DNA from: Lama guanicoe
Taxonomy: Eukaryota
Direction: 5' to 3'
Assembly (NCBI GenBank): GCA_013239625.1
Contig: MU056050.1
Span: 1,722,084 to 1,786,083, forward strand
Length of the DNA stretch: 64,000 nucleotides
Shown: one piece after another, positions 1 to 12,700 of the stretch
How positions within the stretch are numbered: the stretch's first letter is position 1
Layout: each line of letters opens with the position of its first letter
The notes under the pieces: generated by a model
Databases searched by the model: none
What the model was told of the DNA's origin: nothing
What the model saw: the letters and a program-made list of their open reading frames with translations, nothing else
Position numbers and translations under genes: made by a program

Positions 1-71
1 TCATTCATTTTCTCTGCATCCCTGAAGAGGTTCTCTTCTTTTTTCATGTCTTTGCCTTCTTTGGTTGTAAA

Positions 72-322
72 ATGATGTTCATGAGCCCCAATCCAAAGTT
101 GAAAAGCAATTTTCAGGGAGCAGCTTGAAGTGTTTTCAGAGACTATTTGAACCAGGAATTGCATAGGTTTCATCCAAAGGGCCAACTTTGGTCTATTGAT
201 CCCAGCTTTCACATAGTATTAGAATTCTGAGGACTTGTCTGGGTCAATGGTAAAGAATATCATGATTGAGAAGCATTCTCTACTACTGGTGTGCAAATGG
301 GATATGGCAGCCTGTGTGTCAA
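72..322 (+). pseudogene. Relic exon: putative N-terminus / SH3-like subdomain of myosin head
   Basis: Frame from ATG at 72: MMFMSPNPKLKSNFQGAA*SVFRDYLNQELHRFHPKGQLWSIDPSFHIVLEF*GLVWVNGKEYHD*EAFSTTGVQMGYGSLCV. Only three stops, all TGA (compatible with CGA decay). LVWV at 234-245 resembles the myosin N-terminal VWV motif. The 3' boundary is uncertain. Confidence 0.45.
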
Positions 323-358
323 GTATTTTGTGTGTTTTTTCTTTCCATTGTATACCAG

Positions 359-437
359 GAATCTCTCAATAAACCGGCCATCTTTCTACATGAGGCACAA
401 GCATGAGGAGATTTGAATACTTTGTAATTGAGAGAAG
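359..437 (+). pseudogene. Relic exon: myosin NPPKF..ED region
   Basis: Acceptor ttttctttccattgtataccAG, donor GTacca. Translation NLSINRPSFYMRHKHEEI*ILCN*EK ends in phase 0, matching the next exon. The flanking introns are unusually short. Confidence 0.45.
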
Positions 438-494
438 GTACCAACAGATGAGACATGTTTTACTTTTGTCTTCCCCCCCAAATTGTATTTGCAG

Positions 495-756
495 GTACTT
501 CAGAGTTTATAACAATATACTCTAGTAGGGCAAATGTTATACCTATGCAATGTTGGAGATGGCTTGAAACAGCAGCCCAAAGCCATATTCATGGAATTGC
601 CACCATTAAAATCACTTTTTTCCCCATGAAAGCAGTGAAGACCTAAACAACTAAATGTACTATGGTACATGCACAACAGAACACAGTAAGTTCTCATTAG
701 CCACCACCATTGACATTGGTGATAGTATCAAATAAGCTTCTGTCATCTGTTGGTAG
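495..756 (+). pseudogene. Relic exon: myosin IYTYxG..NP / LPPH / QSxLIS region
   Basis: Acceptor tgtatttgcAG, donor AG|GTAAGC. One frame gives VLQSL*QYTLVGQMLYLCNV (YTLVG from 516), ELPP (594-605) and Q*VLIS (684-701), in the order and approximate spacing of myosin YTYxG..NP, LPPH and QSxLISG. Confidence 0.65.
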
Positions 757-1702
757 GTAAGCCTGGGCCGTGAAGAGGGCAGGGTATTTTGCTGTAGAAT
801 AAAATGGAATAGAGAGGGTTGCAGTTTGGGGCACAGCCCAGGAAATACAGAACCCGGTGTGCGAGAGCTGGCTTGAGAATTACAGGCACCAGAGACACTA
901 GGACTCAAAGAGGGAAAGTCTGACATTCTAATAGCCCAGGAAGCAGGCATGAGGGGCCAAATCACAATGACTAATACACTTTAAAAGAGTGACTACAATT
1001 AGGAACTTTTGAATGTTACGAAAGGAATGAAGAAAAAGTGAAAAAATAAAAAGACAAAGGTGCATCCCTTCACTAGGCAACTAGTCCTACTTTCAATACC
1101 TTCCTGCCTCCTGGCTGCCTCACCTAGAACTTTATTTCCAGTAAATTCCTTGTAGGTTGCACTCCTTCTAATTAATACATATCTGTTCTGTTTTACATTG
1201 TTTCTAAAAAAAAAAAATCCACGTATGCCAAGGTGCAAGTCATTGAGGGTAGTCTAATAATAATTGGTTTAAGCCAATGTTCCACCAAAACTGGAAAGGC
1301 TAAGGAGAAGGCAGCTAGAAACATGAAAGTCAACAAGTATTTGAAATGAGGGGCAAATCTAGTAACTAAGATAGCAAAGACTAAAAGAAAGAATTGTGAA
1401 TAAGAAACTAAAAGCTAAGTCTATAAAGAGTGAAAACCAAGCTCTTCAATAAAGGTCCCTAGGAGTCTGAAGATAACCAGACCACCCTGATAAAACTCTT
1501 CACACAGTGAAACCACAGAGAGACTAATGTGAAAAAATGAGCCATGAGTGAGTGGGTGGTGGTGACAGTGGGAGCTAGATAAATGGACAGGTGGCAAGTG
1601 GTGACCTCTTCTACCTAAGTACAGGTCTGCGTGGAAGAACCGCCTCATTCTCTAAAGGCTCTCCTCAGTGCTTCTCTTTCTGCCCTCATGACTGCTTTAC
1701 AG

Positions 1703-1773
1703 AGCCCAAGCCAGCCTTTTAGAAGCCTTCAGCACTGAAGAATGATGCTGCTGCTTCTTCCATGCAATTCAAA
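1703..1773 (+). pseudogene. Relic exon: myosin LLEAFGNAKT / switch-1 region
   Basis: Acceptor ctgctttacAG (alternative AG at 1656-1657), donor GTaaaa. RAQASLLEAFS (LLEAF at 1716-1730), then shifted frame LKNDAAASSMQFK; compare ANPLLEAFGNAKTxRNDNSSRFGK. Confidence 0.6.
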
Positions 1774-2143
1774 GTAAAAAATTTATACTAAATCATTAAA
1801 TAAGCACAAGTAAGGCCAACAAACTTCTGATTTTGTTATGATGACTAATTCAATGCTTTTTTAAAAATATCAAATATCAAAGTTTTCCTTAAAATTATTT
1901 TTGGTGCCATATCAATGTATTAGTTGCCTTATACTGTAATCCAGGCCTCCTCAGCTCTATTTGCTGTCACTTATCTGCCCCCTTATTTCTCCTCTCGCAC
2001 AGGAGCATGAAACAGCCACTGGATGCCATGGGCTCTGTTTTCCCCACTTGGGAAGGGGAGGGGGAGGGAGAGGAACACGGGAAAAGGGTTGAAAAAGTAG
2101 GCAGTGTTCAAACCTAACACAGCTGCTCATCTGTATTATCCAG

Positions 2144-2440
2144 TATTAGCTACAGCTTCTCCCATACTTGGTTGGGCTTTGGGTCAATCTGGCTCATAAT
2201 AGGTGGCAGCTGTGTCTTTGGAGTACTGCCTTTGGGGGTGAGGTATGCTTCAAAGAAGATTGCAAGCATGTTGACAATGGTTGGCAGCCATGCTGAGAAG
2301 ATATCAAGCAGAAGGCAGATTCCCTCACTTCTGTAAAAAACGCAGTCAAGTTCAGCTTCTGAGCTATGCTCTCTGAAGCTAGGCAAGCCCAGATTCATGT
2401 TTCTAGGCCAATGATACGAAAGGCAGCCTCACTTATCCAG
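2144..2440 (+). pseudogene. Relic exon: myosin F...G.I.GA....YLLEKSR region and following helix
   Basis: Frameshifted pieces LGFG(Q)SG/LIIGGS/LEYCL, EVCFKED, EDIKQKADSLTS; compare myosin VI VVGGFVSHYLLEKSRICVQ...SEDIREKLHLSS. Boundaries approximate. Confidence 0.55.
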
Positions 2441-2697
2441 ATGCCTTTTCTTTTGCATTATATAAACTGGAAACTTGCTTTTAAAAATTAAAATTATAAT
2501 TTATCTCTAGGGCTCATAGCAGACTGAATTTTTTTCTGCCCTACTTACCCTCGACTAGAATATTGGTTAAGAATATGGGGTTTGGAATCAGTCAGGCTTT
2601 AGTTTGGGAAACATGGGTACCTTATTTTAAGTTCTTACATCTCAGTGTCTTCATTTTTTCCTATGTACCGGGACTTCTGGCATGCATCTTCATAGTA

Positions 2698-2930
2698 CAG
2701 TTGACCCTTGAACAACATGAGTTTGAACTCACAGTTCCACTTATATGTGGATTTTTTTCCCCAATAAATGCTACAGTCCTACATGATCTGGTATTGGTTG
2801 AATCAGCAGTGTGGAACTGCTGAAGTGGAGGAACCACGTATACAGAGGGCTGACTACAAATTATATGTAGATTTTCAACCACACAGAGGGTTGGTGCCCC
2901 CTAATCCCTGCACTGTTCAAGAGTCAACCG
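2698..2930. mobile_element. Tigger2/MER8-type TcMar MITE
   Basis: Terminal inverted repeats cagttgacccttgaaca ... tgttcaagagtcaaccg, TA on both sides. Confidence 0.85.
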
Positions 2931-2985
2931 TAATTACTACCATCAACTAACAAATCAGTTGATCTAACTAGAAACCTGGAGGTAA

Positions 2986-3360
2986 GTGTTAGTCAGCTCA
3001 GGCTGCCATAACGAAGAGCTACAGGCTGGCTGGCTTAAATAATAGATATTTATAACTCACAGTTAGGAGGCTAGAAGGCTGAGGTCAAGGTGCTGGCAGC
3101 TTTGGTTTCTCTTGAAGCCTCTTTCTTCGACTTGCAGATGGCTACCTTCCCTCTGTGTCCTCGCCTGGTTCTCCCTCTGTGCTCATCATCCCGTGTATCT
3201 CTTCCTCTTATAAAAAAAACTCCAGTCCTATTGGCTCAGGACCCCACCCATATGATTTCTCTTAACCTTAATTACCTCCTCAAAGGCCTTAGCTTCAAGT
3301 ATGGTCACGTGGGGGTTAGGGCTTCAATTATGAATTTGGGAAATACAATATAGTTCATAC
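2986..3360 (-). mobile_element. MaLR solo LTR (MLT1A/B-like)
   Basis: Typical antisense MLT1 sequence ggctgccataac...ggcttaaataa...ggttagggcttcaa..tatgaatttggg. Confidence 0.8.
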
Positions 3361-3419
3361 TAATTATTAACATTTATTCCACAAATATAAGACCAAGTCC
3401 CATCCTTTAGAACCAATTT

Positions 3420-4225
3420 CCCTTGAATCAATCAAATTCATTCCCTATCTACCACTACCAGTTGGTCCAAGCTGTCAGATCACCTTCTACCTGATTGAAT
3501 GTAATCATCTCCTAACTGGTCTCCATGTGTCTCTTCCCTTCCTCTAATATATTCAGCCATCAGCCAGTGATTGCTTCAAAACACACATTTGCACAGATCA
3601 TCCTCCTTTTTAAAATATCTCACTGGGCTCTCAGGGTCCCAAATCCTTAACACACTTACCACACAATCTGTCTCTTTCTTAACTTTCCAGCCTCCATGTA
3701 CACCATGCTTATTCTTTCTGCTCCCACCACACTGGCCTACTTTCAAAGTTTTCCAAAAGCCCCATGCTCCCTTCCCTACAAGCTTTTGCTCATGCTATTT
3801 CCCCACGCCCACTCACTCCCTCGGGGAAGTCTTCCTTGATCTTCATGACTAGGGCAATCCCTCTAATTATACGTTCTTGTACCCATTTTTAAGACTTGTC
3901 ACAGTTGCGATTTTAATTTATTTATGAGATTATTTGATTATCATCTGCTTCTCCCACTAGACTATAAGCTCCTTCAAAGTATAACTGTGAAGATTGAATG
4001 AGATAATGAATATAAAATACTATATTCAGAGCCTGGCACTTAGTAAGTGCTAAATTGATTTTAGCTTTTATCATTATTATGGGAGTGGGAGGGATTCTCA
4101 GCCATTCCATATATTCTATTGGTGAAGCTTAATTTTTAGCCGATATTCATCACCTGGTTTTTATCTTTTCTGAAATGCTACCACAGTATCTAGTACATGC
4201 TTAGCTCTCAGTAATTGTTTGCTAG
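3420..4225 (+). mobile_element. L2 3' fragment with nested MIR piece (about 3985-4075)
   Basis: ctcctaactggtctcc...cagccagtgat...; ctcccactagactataagctcc; MIR 3' end gcctggcacttagtaagtgct. Confidence 0.7.
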
Positions 4226-4299
4226 TGAAACCATGGGTAATCATTAGTTAAATCTATTTCTCCTGTAATCTGCCTTCACTAATCAAGGTGGTTTTAACT

Positions 4300-4755
4300 G
4301 TTGCCATAAAAGACTTGCAAGTCTTCCAAGCGGCATGTAGCCTAAACAATAAGATGTTTGCCCGTGTTGTTTTCTAGGAACTTGGGAGTCAGCTGTGTCT
4401 AGTTCGAGTTGAGCCGGTTAAGACTGGATAATACCACCGACCCTCCAACTGGGCACGCGCCAGTGTCCTCGTTTGGTGATCTTTTGAACATGGAGAAAGA
4501 AGCCTGTAGCTTAGTTACACCTGCACAGACCGAGGGTTTCCGCACCTTTCCCCAATCACCTTTCTCCACGCTCCCCATGCGTCACATCACCCTGATTCTT
4601 TATTCGTTTCTTATAAATACCCTGAGCCCCTTGCCTTCTGAGGGGTGGATTTGAGATTTTTCTCCCGTCTCTATGCTTGGCTGCTTTACGAATAAACCCT
4701 CTCTGTTGCAAAGCTTGATGTCAGTGTTTTTGCTTGCTGTGCATCGGTCAAAATG
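4300..4755 (+). mobile_element. ERV1-type solo LTR (MER34/MER39-like), CpG-rich
   Basis: TATAAATA at 4612, AATAAA at 4691, ggatttgaga..ctcccgtctc..ttggctg motif; 5' edge uncertain. Confidence 0.7.
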
Positions 4756-4834
4756 AGGAAAACGGAGGAATCGTGGAATCTAGCAGTTGCATACCTGTTT
4801 TCTGACTTTCTCTTCACTGAGTCAGGCAGCATCT

Positions 4835-5070
4835 CATACAGTGCAGCAGTTAAGAGCACAGGTGGCCAACATTGGAATCCTTACTTACACATTGTTTATG
4901 AGCTATGTGACCTTGGGTAAGTTATTGAACTTCATGACCTCAGTTTGCTCATCTTTAAAATAGGTATACAAGTGGTATGTGTAGTAAGGTTGCAAGGATT
5001 AAATCTACGTAAAGCACTTAGTACACTACCTAGCATATTATAACTACTCAACAATAGGTATTATTTATTA
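4835..5070 (+). mobile_element. MIR SINE
   Basis: Core agctatgtgaccttgggtaagtta...cctcagtttgctcatctttaaaat. Confidence 0.85.
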
Positions 5071-5749
5071 AATACTCTATGTATATTATAAATATTAAAT
5101 ACTAACTTCCTGAATGTGGCCAGAGTCACTCCACAACTTAAATGCAACATGTAGACGTATTTGCCTACATAAAATGTCTCCAATACTGAGATTCATTATT
5201 AGAAAAGAACATACTTGTGGTAGGATTTTTTTCTTCCTTGGAAAAGTGCATTTAGTAAATCAAAAGCAAAATGAATAGTAGCTACATAAAGGGAATATTA
5301 AAAAGGGAGAAAAGTGTATTCATACTGTCAGACAATGGAATACAAGACATTATGCAAAAGGCCCATAGAGGAATAGGAAATGATTTATCCACTGAGAAAG
5401 AATATTTAATAATATGAAAAGGTATGAACAACAGATAATTAAGTAAAACAAAGCAGGCAGTAAAACAGTATGCAGAGTGTGATCTATCCCACATGTGCAT
5501 ACACAGACACACACATTTTGTTTAATTTGGGAAAAAGGAGACATACTAAATCATTAAAATAACCATATCTGAATGGGTGGATTGTGACTTTTTAAATTTT
5601 TAATCTGTAGTTTGAAAGCTTCTCTGCACAGAGAAATCATCTGTTTGGTTGTTTCACTTCTGTCTCCTCAAGTGTCTGCCAAGTTCTCATTGAGGGTGGG
5701 AGGGAGAGAGGATTAAACATTAGTTAGATGCCTCATATGTATCAGACAA

Positions 5750-5850
5750 ATATATATATATTTTATGCATATACACATATATACATGTACATGCACATAT
5801 ATATATACATGTATGTATGTGTTTATATATATACACATATATATGTATGT
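5750..5850. repeat. Degenerate (TA)n/(TATG)n low-complexity tract
   Basis: Directly visible. Confidence 0.85.
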
Positions 5851-6159
5851 AAATTAAATTACATAATAACTTTGCAAATTAAAACTATTATCTTCACTTA
5901 AAATATATCAAGAAGTGACAGGAACAGGGACTGTGTCTTAAATTTCACATGCTAATTTTTAGAGTTTAGCCCAAAAGTCAACAAATATTAATTGATCAAC
6001 TGACAGTAGAAATAAACTAATCAGTTTCCAAATATTATTTGAAACTTGTAGTATAATCTAGCCCATACCCACTCCATATACAAGTAAAATTCAATTATAA
6101 ATTTCACTAAGTGAGATTTTCTTCTGTTTTTTGAAATTCATGTCTTATCTTTCCCGTTT

Positions 6160-7915
6160 TTAAAACTGAAGTATAGTTGACTTACAATATTATATTAGTC
6201 TTAGGTATACAACATAGTGAGTCAATATTTTTATATACTCCATTCAAAGTTACTTCAAAATAATGGCTATAATTCCCTGTGCTGTACAATACATCTTTGC
6301 TGCTTATTTTTTAAAATTTAAACATAGAAGTTTGACTCAGCCATAAAAAAAGAATAAAATAATGCCACTTGCAGCAACATGAATGGACCTGGAGGTTGTC
6401 ATACTAAGTGAAGTAAGTCAGACAAAGACAAATATCATAATATCACTTATATGTGGAATCCAAAAAAATGACACAAATCAACTTATTTACAAAACAAACA
6501 GACTCACAGACATAGAAAACAAACTTATGGTTACCAAAGGGTAAAGGAGGGGAGGGACAAATTAGGAGTTTGGGATTTGCAGATACAAACTACTATATAT
6601 GAAACAGATAAACAGCAAGGTCCTACTGTATAGCACAGGGAAGTATATTCAATATCTTGTAATAACCTATAATGAAAAAGAAAATGAAAAGGAACACACA
6701 TATGTATTTATGTATAACTGAATCACTACAGTGTATACCAGAAACTAACACAACATTGTAAATCAACTATACTTCAATAAAAAAATAATAAAATAAATAT
6801 AGTAGTATCTCTTAATCCCATATCCCTATCTGGCCCCTCCCCTCTACCTTCTCCTCACTGATAACCACTAGTTTGTTCTCTATATCTAACAGTCTGTTTC
6901 TGTTTTTATATATACATTTGCCTGTTTTATCAGATTCCACATATAAGTGATAATACAGAGTATTTGTCTTTGTCTTACTTTTGTCTTACTTTTTTCACTA
7001 AGCATAATACTCTCTCGGTCCACCCACACTATTGCAAATGGAAGAATTTCATTCATTTTTATAGCTAAGTAATATTCCATTGTATATATTCTACAATATA
7101 TACAATGTATAATTATCCAGTGTATTATATATATATATATATAATATTACTATATATATATAATATATATATATATTACAACTTCTTTATCCATTCATCT
7201 GTTGACGGACACTTCGGTTGCTTCCAAGTCGTGGCTATTGTAAATAAGCTGCTATAAATACTGGGGTGCATGTATCTTTTCCAATTAGTGTTTTCTTTTT
7301 CTTTGGATATATACCCAGCAGTGAAATTACTGGATTATATGGTATTTCTATTGTTAGTTTTTTGACATAGTGTTTTTTGACACACGGTTTTCCATAGTGG
7401 CTGCACCAATTTACATTCCCACCAATAGTGTACAAGGTTTCCCTTTTCTCCACATCTTTGCCAACATTTGTTATTTGTAGAATTTTTGATGATAGTCATT
7501 TTGACAGGTGTGAGGTGGTCTCTCATTGTGTTTTTGATTTGCATTTCTCTAATAATTAGTGATTTTGAGAATTTTTTCATGTACCTGTTGGCAATCTGTA
7601 TGTCTTCTTTGGAAAAATGCCTATTCACATCTTTTGCCCATTTTTAATTGTTTTTTTAAATATTGAGTTGTATGATCTGTTTATAAATTTTGGGTATTAA
7701 CCCCTTATTTGTCATATCATTTGCATATTTTCTTCCATTCAGTCGGTTGTCTTTTCATTTTGTCGATAGTTTCCTTTGCTTTGCAAAAGCCTTTAATTCT
7801 AATTAGGTCCCATTTGTTTATTTTTCCCTTTATTTCTTTTTGCCTTAAGAGAAAGATCCAAAAAATTGTTGCTGCAATTTATGTCAAAGAGTTTTGTGTC
7901 TGATTGTCTTCTATT
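6160..7915 (-). mobile_element. 5'-truncated L1 (ORF2 C-terminus + 3'UTR), host of a nested L1
   Basis: ORF-track 7335..7628 and 7235..7453 are L1 ORF2p C-terminal fragments ([16 protein letters not shown]). Confidence 0.9.
6335..6797 (+). mobile_element. Younger L1 3' end nested in opposite orientation
   Basis: aatgccacttgcagcaacatgaatggacctggag... to aataaa and A-rich tail; the host L1 resumes at about 6800. Confidence 0.9.
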
Positions 7916-9769
7916 TTTAAGGGTAAGTTTAAAAATCTTAGAGTTATGTGGAACAAACATAATATGAGAATGAGAATAGAGTGGGATTTGGAATTGCTTG
8001 GCCCTATCTCCCAAAGATGAACTTTTACATTTTCCCAGATATGAGTTTATGAGTAAAACAAAATATTGTTTCTTTGTGTTTACCTAGTGAATCTTTGCTT
8101 CAGTTCATGCAACCAAGAGACTATTGTGAATGTCAGTTTGGCTCAAATATTTGTCAAACTATAAATTTATTTACTCTAACAAATGATCTTCCTGATGTTA
8201 TAAGGAGTTGTCTTTTTAACTGAATTGATAATAATTCATAATTGATCATAATAAGTAGATCATAGTACATCCAGTCAAGCAGGAGGACATTCAGGCTGTC
8301 AGACAGCAAATTAAAAAGTCCAGATCTATCACATAGCTTGCATTATGAAGATCTAAACCTACCACCAAGAAACCCATGTCTCTGAAATAGAATTTCTCAC
8401 AATAAGTGCCCAACCATGAATTGTCCCAGCAGCCAGCCACTATAACTACTGAGTATCTATTCATCTACATGCATGTTTTGCTCTGGGGCACACACTAAGG
8501 AAATGACAAGTTTCCTACCCGCACAAAGCCTGTGTGCCAATCAGACATTACTTTTAGCATTAACTGTTATTTGTGAAAATAGATTGTATTGCCTCTTGTC
8601 TTTGAGTCCCTTCCCTTTCCACATCCCTAACACCATAGCACTTAAATATGCATTTGCTGCAGGCATGTATCATAACTCCCATTCTTCAAAGCCTTCATTG
8701 GTTCCCCATTGCCTTTAAGAAAAATCTACATGTTTCTTAGCATGATATACAATGCTCTTCATGACCTGCCCTTTATCTCTGACTCAAGACTTTTGTGCCC
8801 TTTACCCAGAGCCAACAAACTTCTTACAGTTTCCCAAGTATGCTTCATCATTTTTACATGTGTTTTCCTCTTTTTGGAAAGCCATGTCTAGCTATAATTT
8901 CCTAACTTACTCTCTTTTTAATTATGAAAAGTAAAAACAGATTACAGAGAATAACATAGAAAATGTCTATGAATCTAAAACCTGGAAAAAATTTTAAAAT
9001 AAGAGATCCTTTGTGTTTAAGTTTCTTTAAACTGTTTCCCTCAGACTAAAGGCAGTCACTTACGTAAATTTCTGGTTATTTTTTCATCCAAGACTTTATA
9101 CACGTGTTATATACATTTGTGTCCATAAAACTAGTTATAGAATTGTTTTACATGAATTAAAATTTATACAACTAGTGTAATTTGCACCATAGCTCTGCAA
9201 CTAACTTTTTCACTCAACAGTAAGTTTTTTCTTTACTTCAATTCATGAGATAATTGGATATTATTATCCAATATACCATGATTAATCTAATCCGCTATTG
9301 ATGGACATTTTAGATTTTTTCCAATTTCTGACTGTTAGGATGCTATATTAAGTATCCTTCTACAACTTTCCTTGTATGCACTTACAAGAGATTTTCTAGG
9401 ACATCTAGAAGTGAAAATGTGTGTTATGAATTTTACAAATTTAACTTTATTGCATTTGTTTCCCAAGCAATTATAACAATTTATATTTCCACAAGTATGT
9501 CTAAATGTCCCTCTTTCTCACATATGCTATTGCCAGGCAAATCTTTTAATTTTTAAATAATATTCAATATTATGAATATATATATATACATATATATATA
9601 TATCACAATTTATTTATTTCTTCCCATTGATAGATATTTGGTAGGTTCTGGCTTTTTGCCTCTTATAAAGAAGGCTGCTATGAAGATTCAGGCATAAGTC
9701 TTTGTGTAGACATATTTTTATTTATCTTGAACAAATACCTAGAAGTAAAATTGCTGAGCCAATTCCATG

Positions 9770-12700
9770 CCCAGAAATATGGAATAGATAAACTTTCTCT
9801 TATTTTTCTCACTAAGTACAACTAAAAACCTTGCACATTAATTATATATTTAAAAAGTATAAGAAATCTATTAAAGGTAGGGAGAAGACAGACGAGCTGG
9901 TTATCTCAGGACACAAGTAATAACATATTGTTGTGTTCCCTGGATATTATTTTTGCTCTATGTATCCTGAGTTGGAGCTGAATAAGCCAGTAATATGTAA
10001 CACCAACAGGCACAAATAAAAAAAGTATCACCCCTCTCCACCAAAAGCCTCCTCTCTCTAGCCAAAGGACCAGGAAAGGAACAGCCTAGATGGAAACTAC
10101 TAGGCAATAACCATTCTACTCCAGCCAAATACTCTTATACCTATAAGAGAAAACTGTGGCCCAACCTCTACTGACATCAGAAAAACCTGAGCGGGAAGCC
10201 TAGATGTCCACCCTTGCATGGGTATAACAAGGATAGAACCTGCTGGGGTGGTATTAGAGATGGTCAAGTAGGGAGCCTGAACTTTCATCCCCACCGTGAG
10301 CAATAAGTCCACTCTATGATGTTACTGGAAACCAAGGGGGACCCCCTTCTTGAGTTTCAACAGAAATCAAGTGGGGAATCTGGACTTCTACCTTCACCTG
10401 ACAGGAATAAGATGGCACCCACTTGTCCCATGCCAGAGCAGTATCAGAAAAATCCAACTAAAGCAACTAAAGAAATTTTAAATAATAGTGGAGTCTCAAA
10501 AAACAATACTAACATGTCTAGATTTCAATAAAATGTCACCCATAATACCAAGGACCAGGAATACGGAAATGAGTGAAAAAAATTAATAGATGTCAATATT
10601 GAGATGACAGAAATGTTAGAATTCTCTGACAAGACCCTAAAGCAGCCCTAAAAAACTGCTACATCAAACAATTACAGTATGTTTGAAACAGATGAAAAAA
10701 TGGAGACTCTCAGTAGAGAAACAGAAAGCATCAGTAAAAAATACAAACTATAAAGAAGAATCTAATGGAAATTTTAGAACTGAAAAATGTAATAACTGAA
10801 ACAAGAAGCTCAGTAGATGGGCTCAATAGCAAATGGAGGAGACAAAGGAAAGGATGAGTGAACTGGAAACTAGAATAACAGAAATCACCCAATCTGAACC
10901 ACAGAGATAAAGTAAGTATTTTGAAAAATAAACAGAGCCTCAGAAAACTGTGAAACTATTAAAAAGAAAAAAAAAAAAAAAGCCCGAGCATTCCCTTATC
11001 GGAGTCTCATAAGTAGAGAAGGAGGATGAGGCTAAAAAAGTACTCAAAGAAATTGATGGCTGAAAACCTGCCAAACTTAGCAAGAGACATAAACCTGAAG
11101 ATTTAGGAAGCTGAGCAAACAACAATTAGCATAAACTCAAATAAATGTATACCAAGAAAGATTATATAAAATTCTGAAAACAAAAACTAAGAAAAAAATC
11201 TGGAAAGCAGCCAGAGAATAATAATTATTCCTTATACCTATAAGAAATAAACAATTCAAATGACAGATCTCATCCTGGACCATGGATACAACCTGCGGTG
11301 CAAGATTGGTTTAATGTTCAAAATCAATCTAATCCATCATATTAACAGAATGAAGAAGAAAAACCATATGATCATATTCATGTGGAAAAAGCTTATGACA
11401 GAATTCAATGTACATAAAAAAAAAACTCTCAGCAAAATAGGAATAGAGGGAAAACTTCCTCAACTTTATAAAGAACATCTATGAAAAACCTATAGCAAAC
11501 ATGATGCTTAATGGTGAATAATTGAATACTTTCCTCCTAAGACTGGGAACAAAGTAAGGATATCAGTTCTCATCACTCTTGTTCAACACAGTGCTGGAAG
11601 TTGTAGATATGCAACAAGGCAAGAGAAGGAAATAAAAGGCATACAGATGAGAAGAGAAGAAACTAAACTGTTCCTATTTGCAGATGACATGATTGTGTAG
11701 ATAGAAAGCCCCAATGAATCTGTTTCAAAAATAATCTTAGACTTAATAAGTGAGTTCAGTAAGGATGGAGATTTAAGCTCAACATACAGAAGTGAATTTT
11801 ATTTCTATATACTAGCAATAAACATGTGGACATTGTACTTAAAAATACAACATCATTTACAATTGCTGTAAAATAACAAATAGGTGTAAATCTAACAAAA
11901 TATGTATAGGACTTGTATGCTGAAAACTACACAATGCTAATGAAAACAATAAAAGAATATCTAAATAAATGAAGAGACAGACTGTGTTCTTGGATTAAAA
12001 GACTCAACATAGTATAGATGTCAATCCTTTCCAAATTGATAGCTAGGTTTGATGCAATTGTTATCAAAATCCTAGTAATAATTTTTGTAAATATAGACAA
12101 GATAATTCTTTACTTTATATGTAAAGTCAAAATAACTACAATAGCTAAAAGAAATTTTGAAAAAGAATAGAGTGAGAGGAGTCAGTCCTTCTAATCTCAA
12201 GACTTACAATGTAGCTCAAGTAATCAAGACTGTGTTGTATTGACAGACAGATCAGGACACAGATCAATAGGACACAATAGACCCAGAAATAGATTCAAAG
12301 AAATATGTCCAAGTAATTTTTGACAAAAGTGCAAAAGCACTTCAATGGAGGAAAGTTAAACTCTTCAACAAATTGTGCTGAACTGAACATCATAGGCAAA
12401 AATAAATAAATAAATAAATCTAGACATGTGTCTCACACCTTATACAAAAATCAACTCAAGGTGGATTACAACTTAAATTTAAAATATAAAACTATACAAA
12501 ACATTTTAAAGGAAAATCTTAAGGATCTAGTACAAGGAAAAGAGTTCTTAGATTTGTTACCAAGAACATATCCATAAATGGGAAAAGTGATAAATGATAT
12601 TTCATCAAAATTTTAAACTTTTGCCCTGTAGAAGACCCTGCTAAGAGGATAAAAATACAAGCTACAAGCTTGGCGAGTATTTAACAAACCACATATGAGA

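Noticed and set aside
2150..2398. Minus-strand 82-aa ORF and a possible minus-strand exon pair (2168-2330 and below 746) as a separate gene
   Set aside because: No recognisable product; the plus strand at the same positions yields ordered myosin motifs, so these are best read as antisense shadows.
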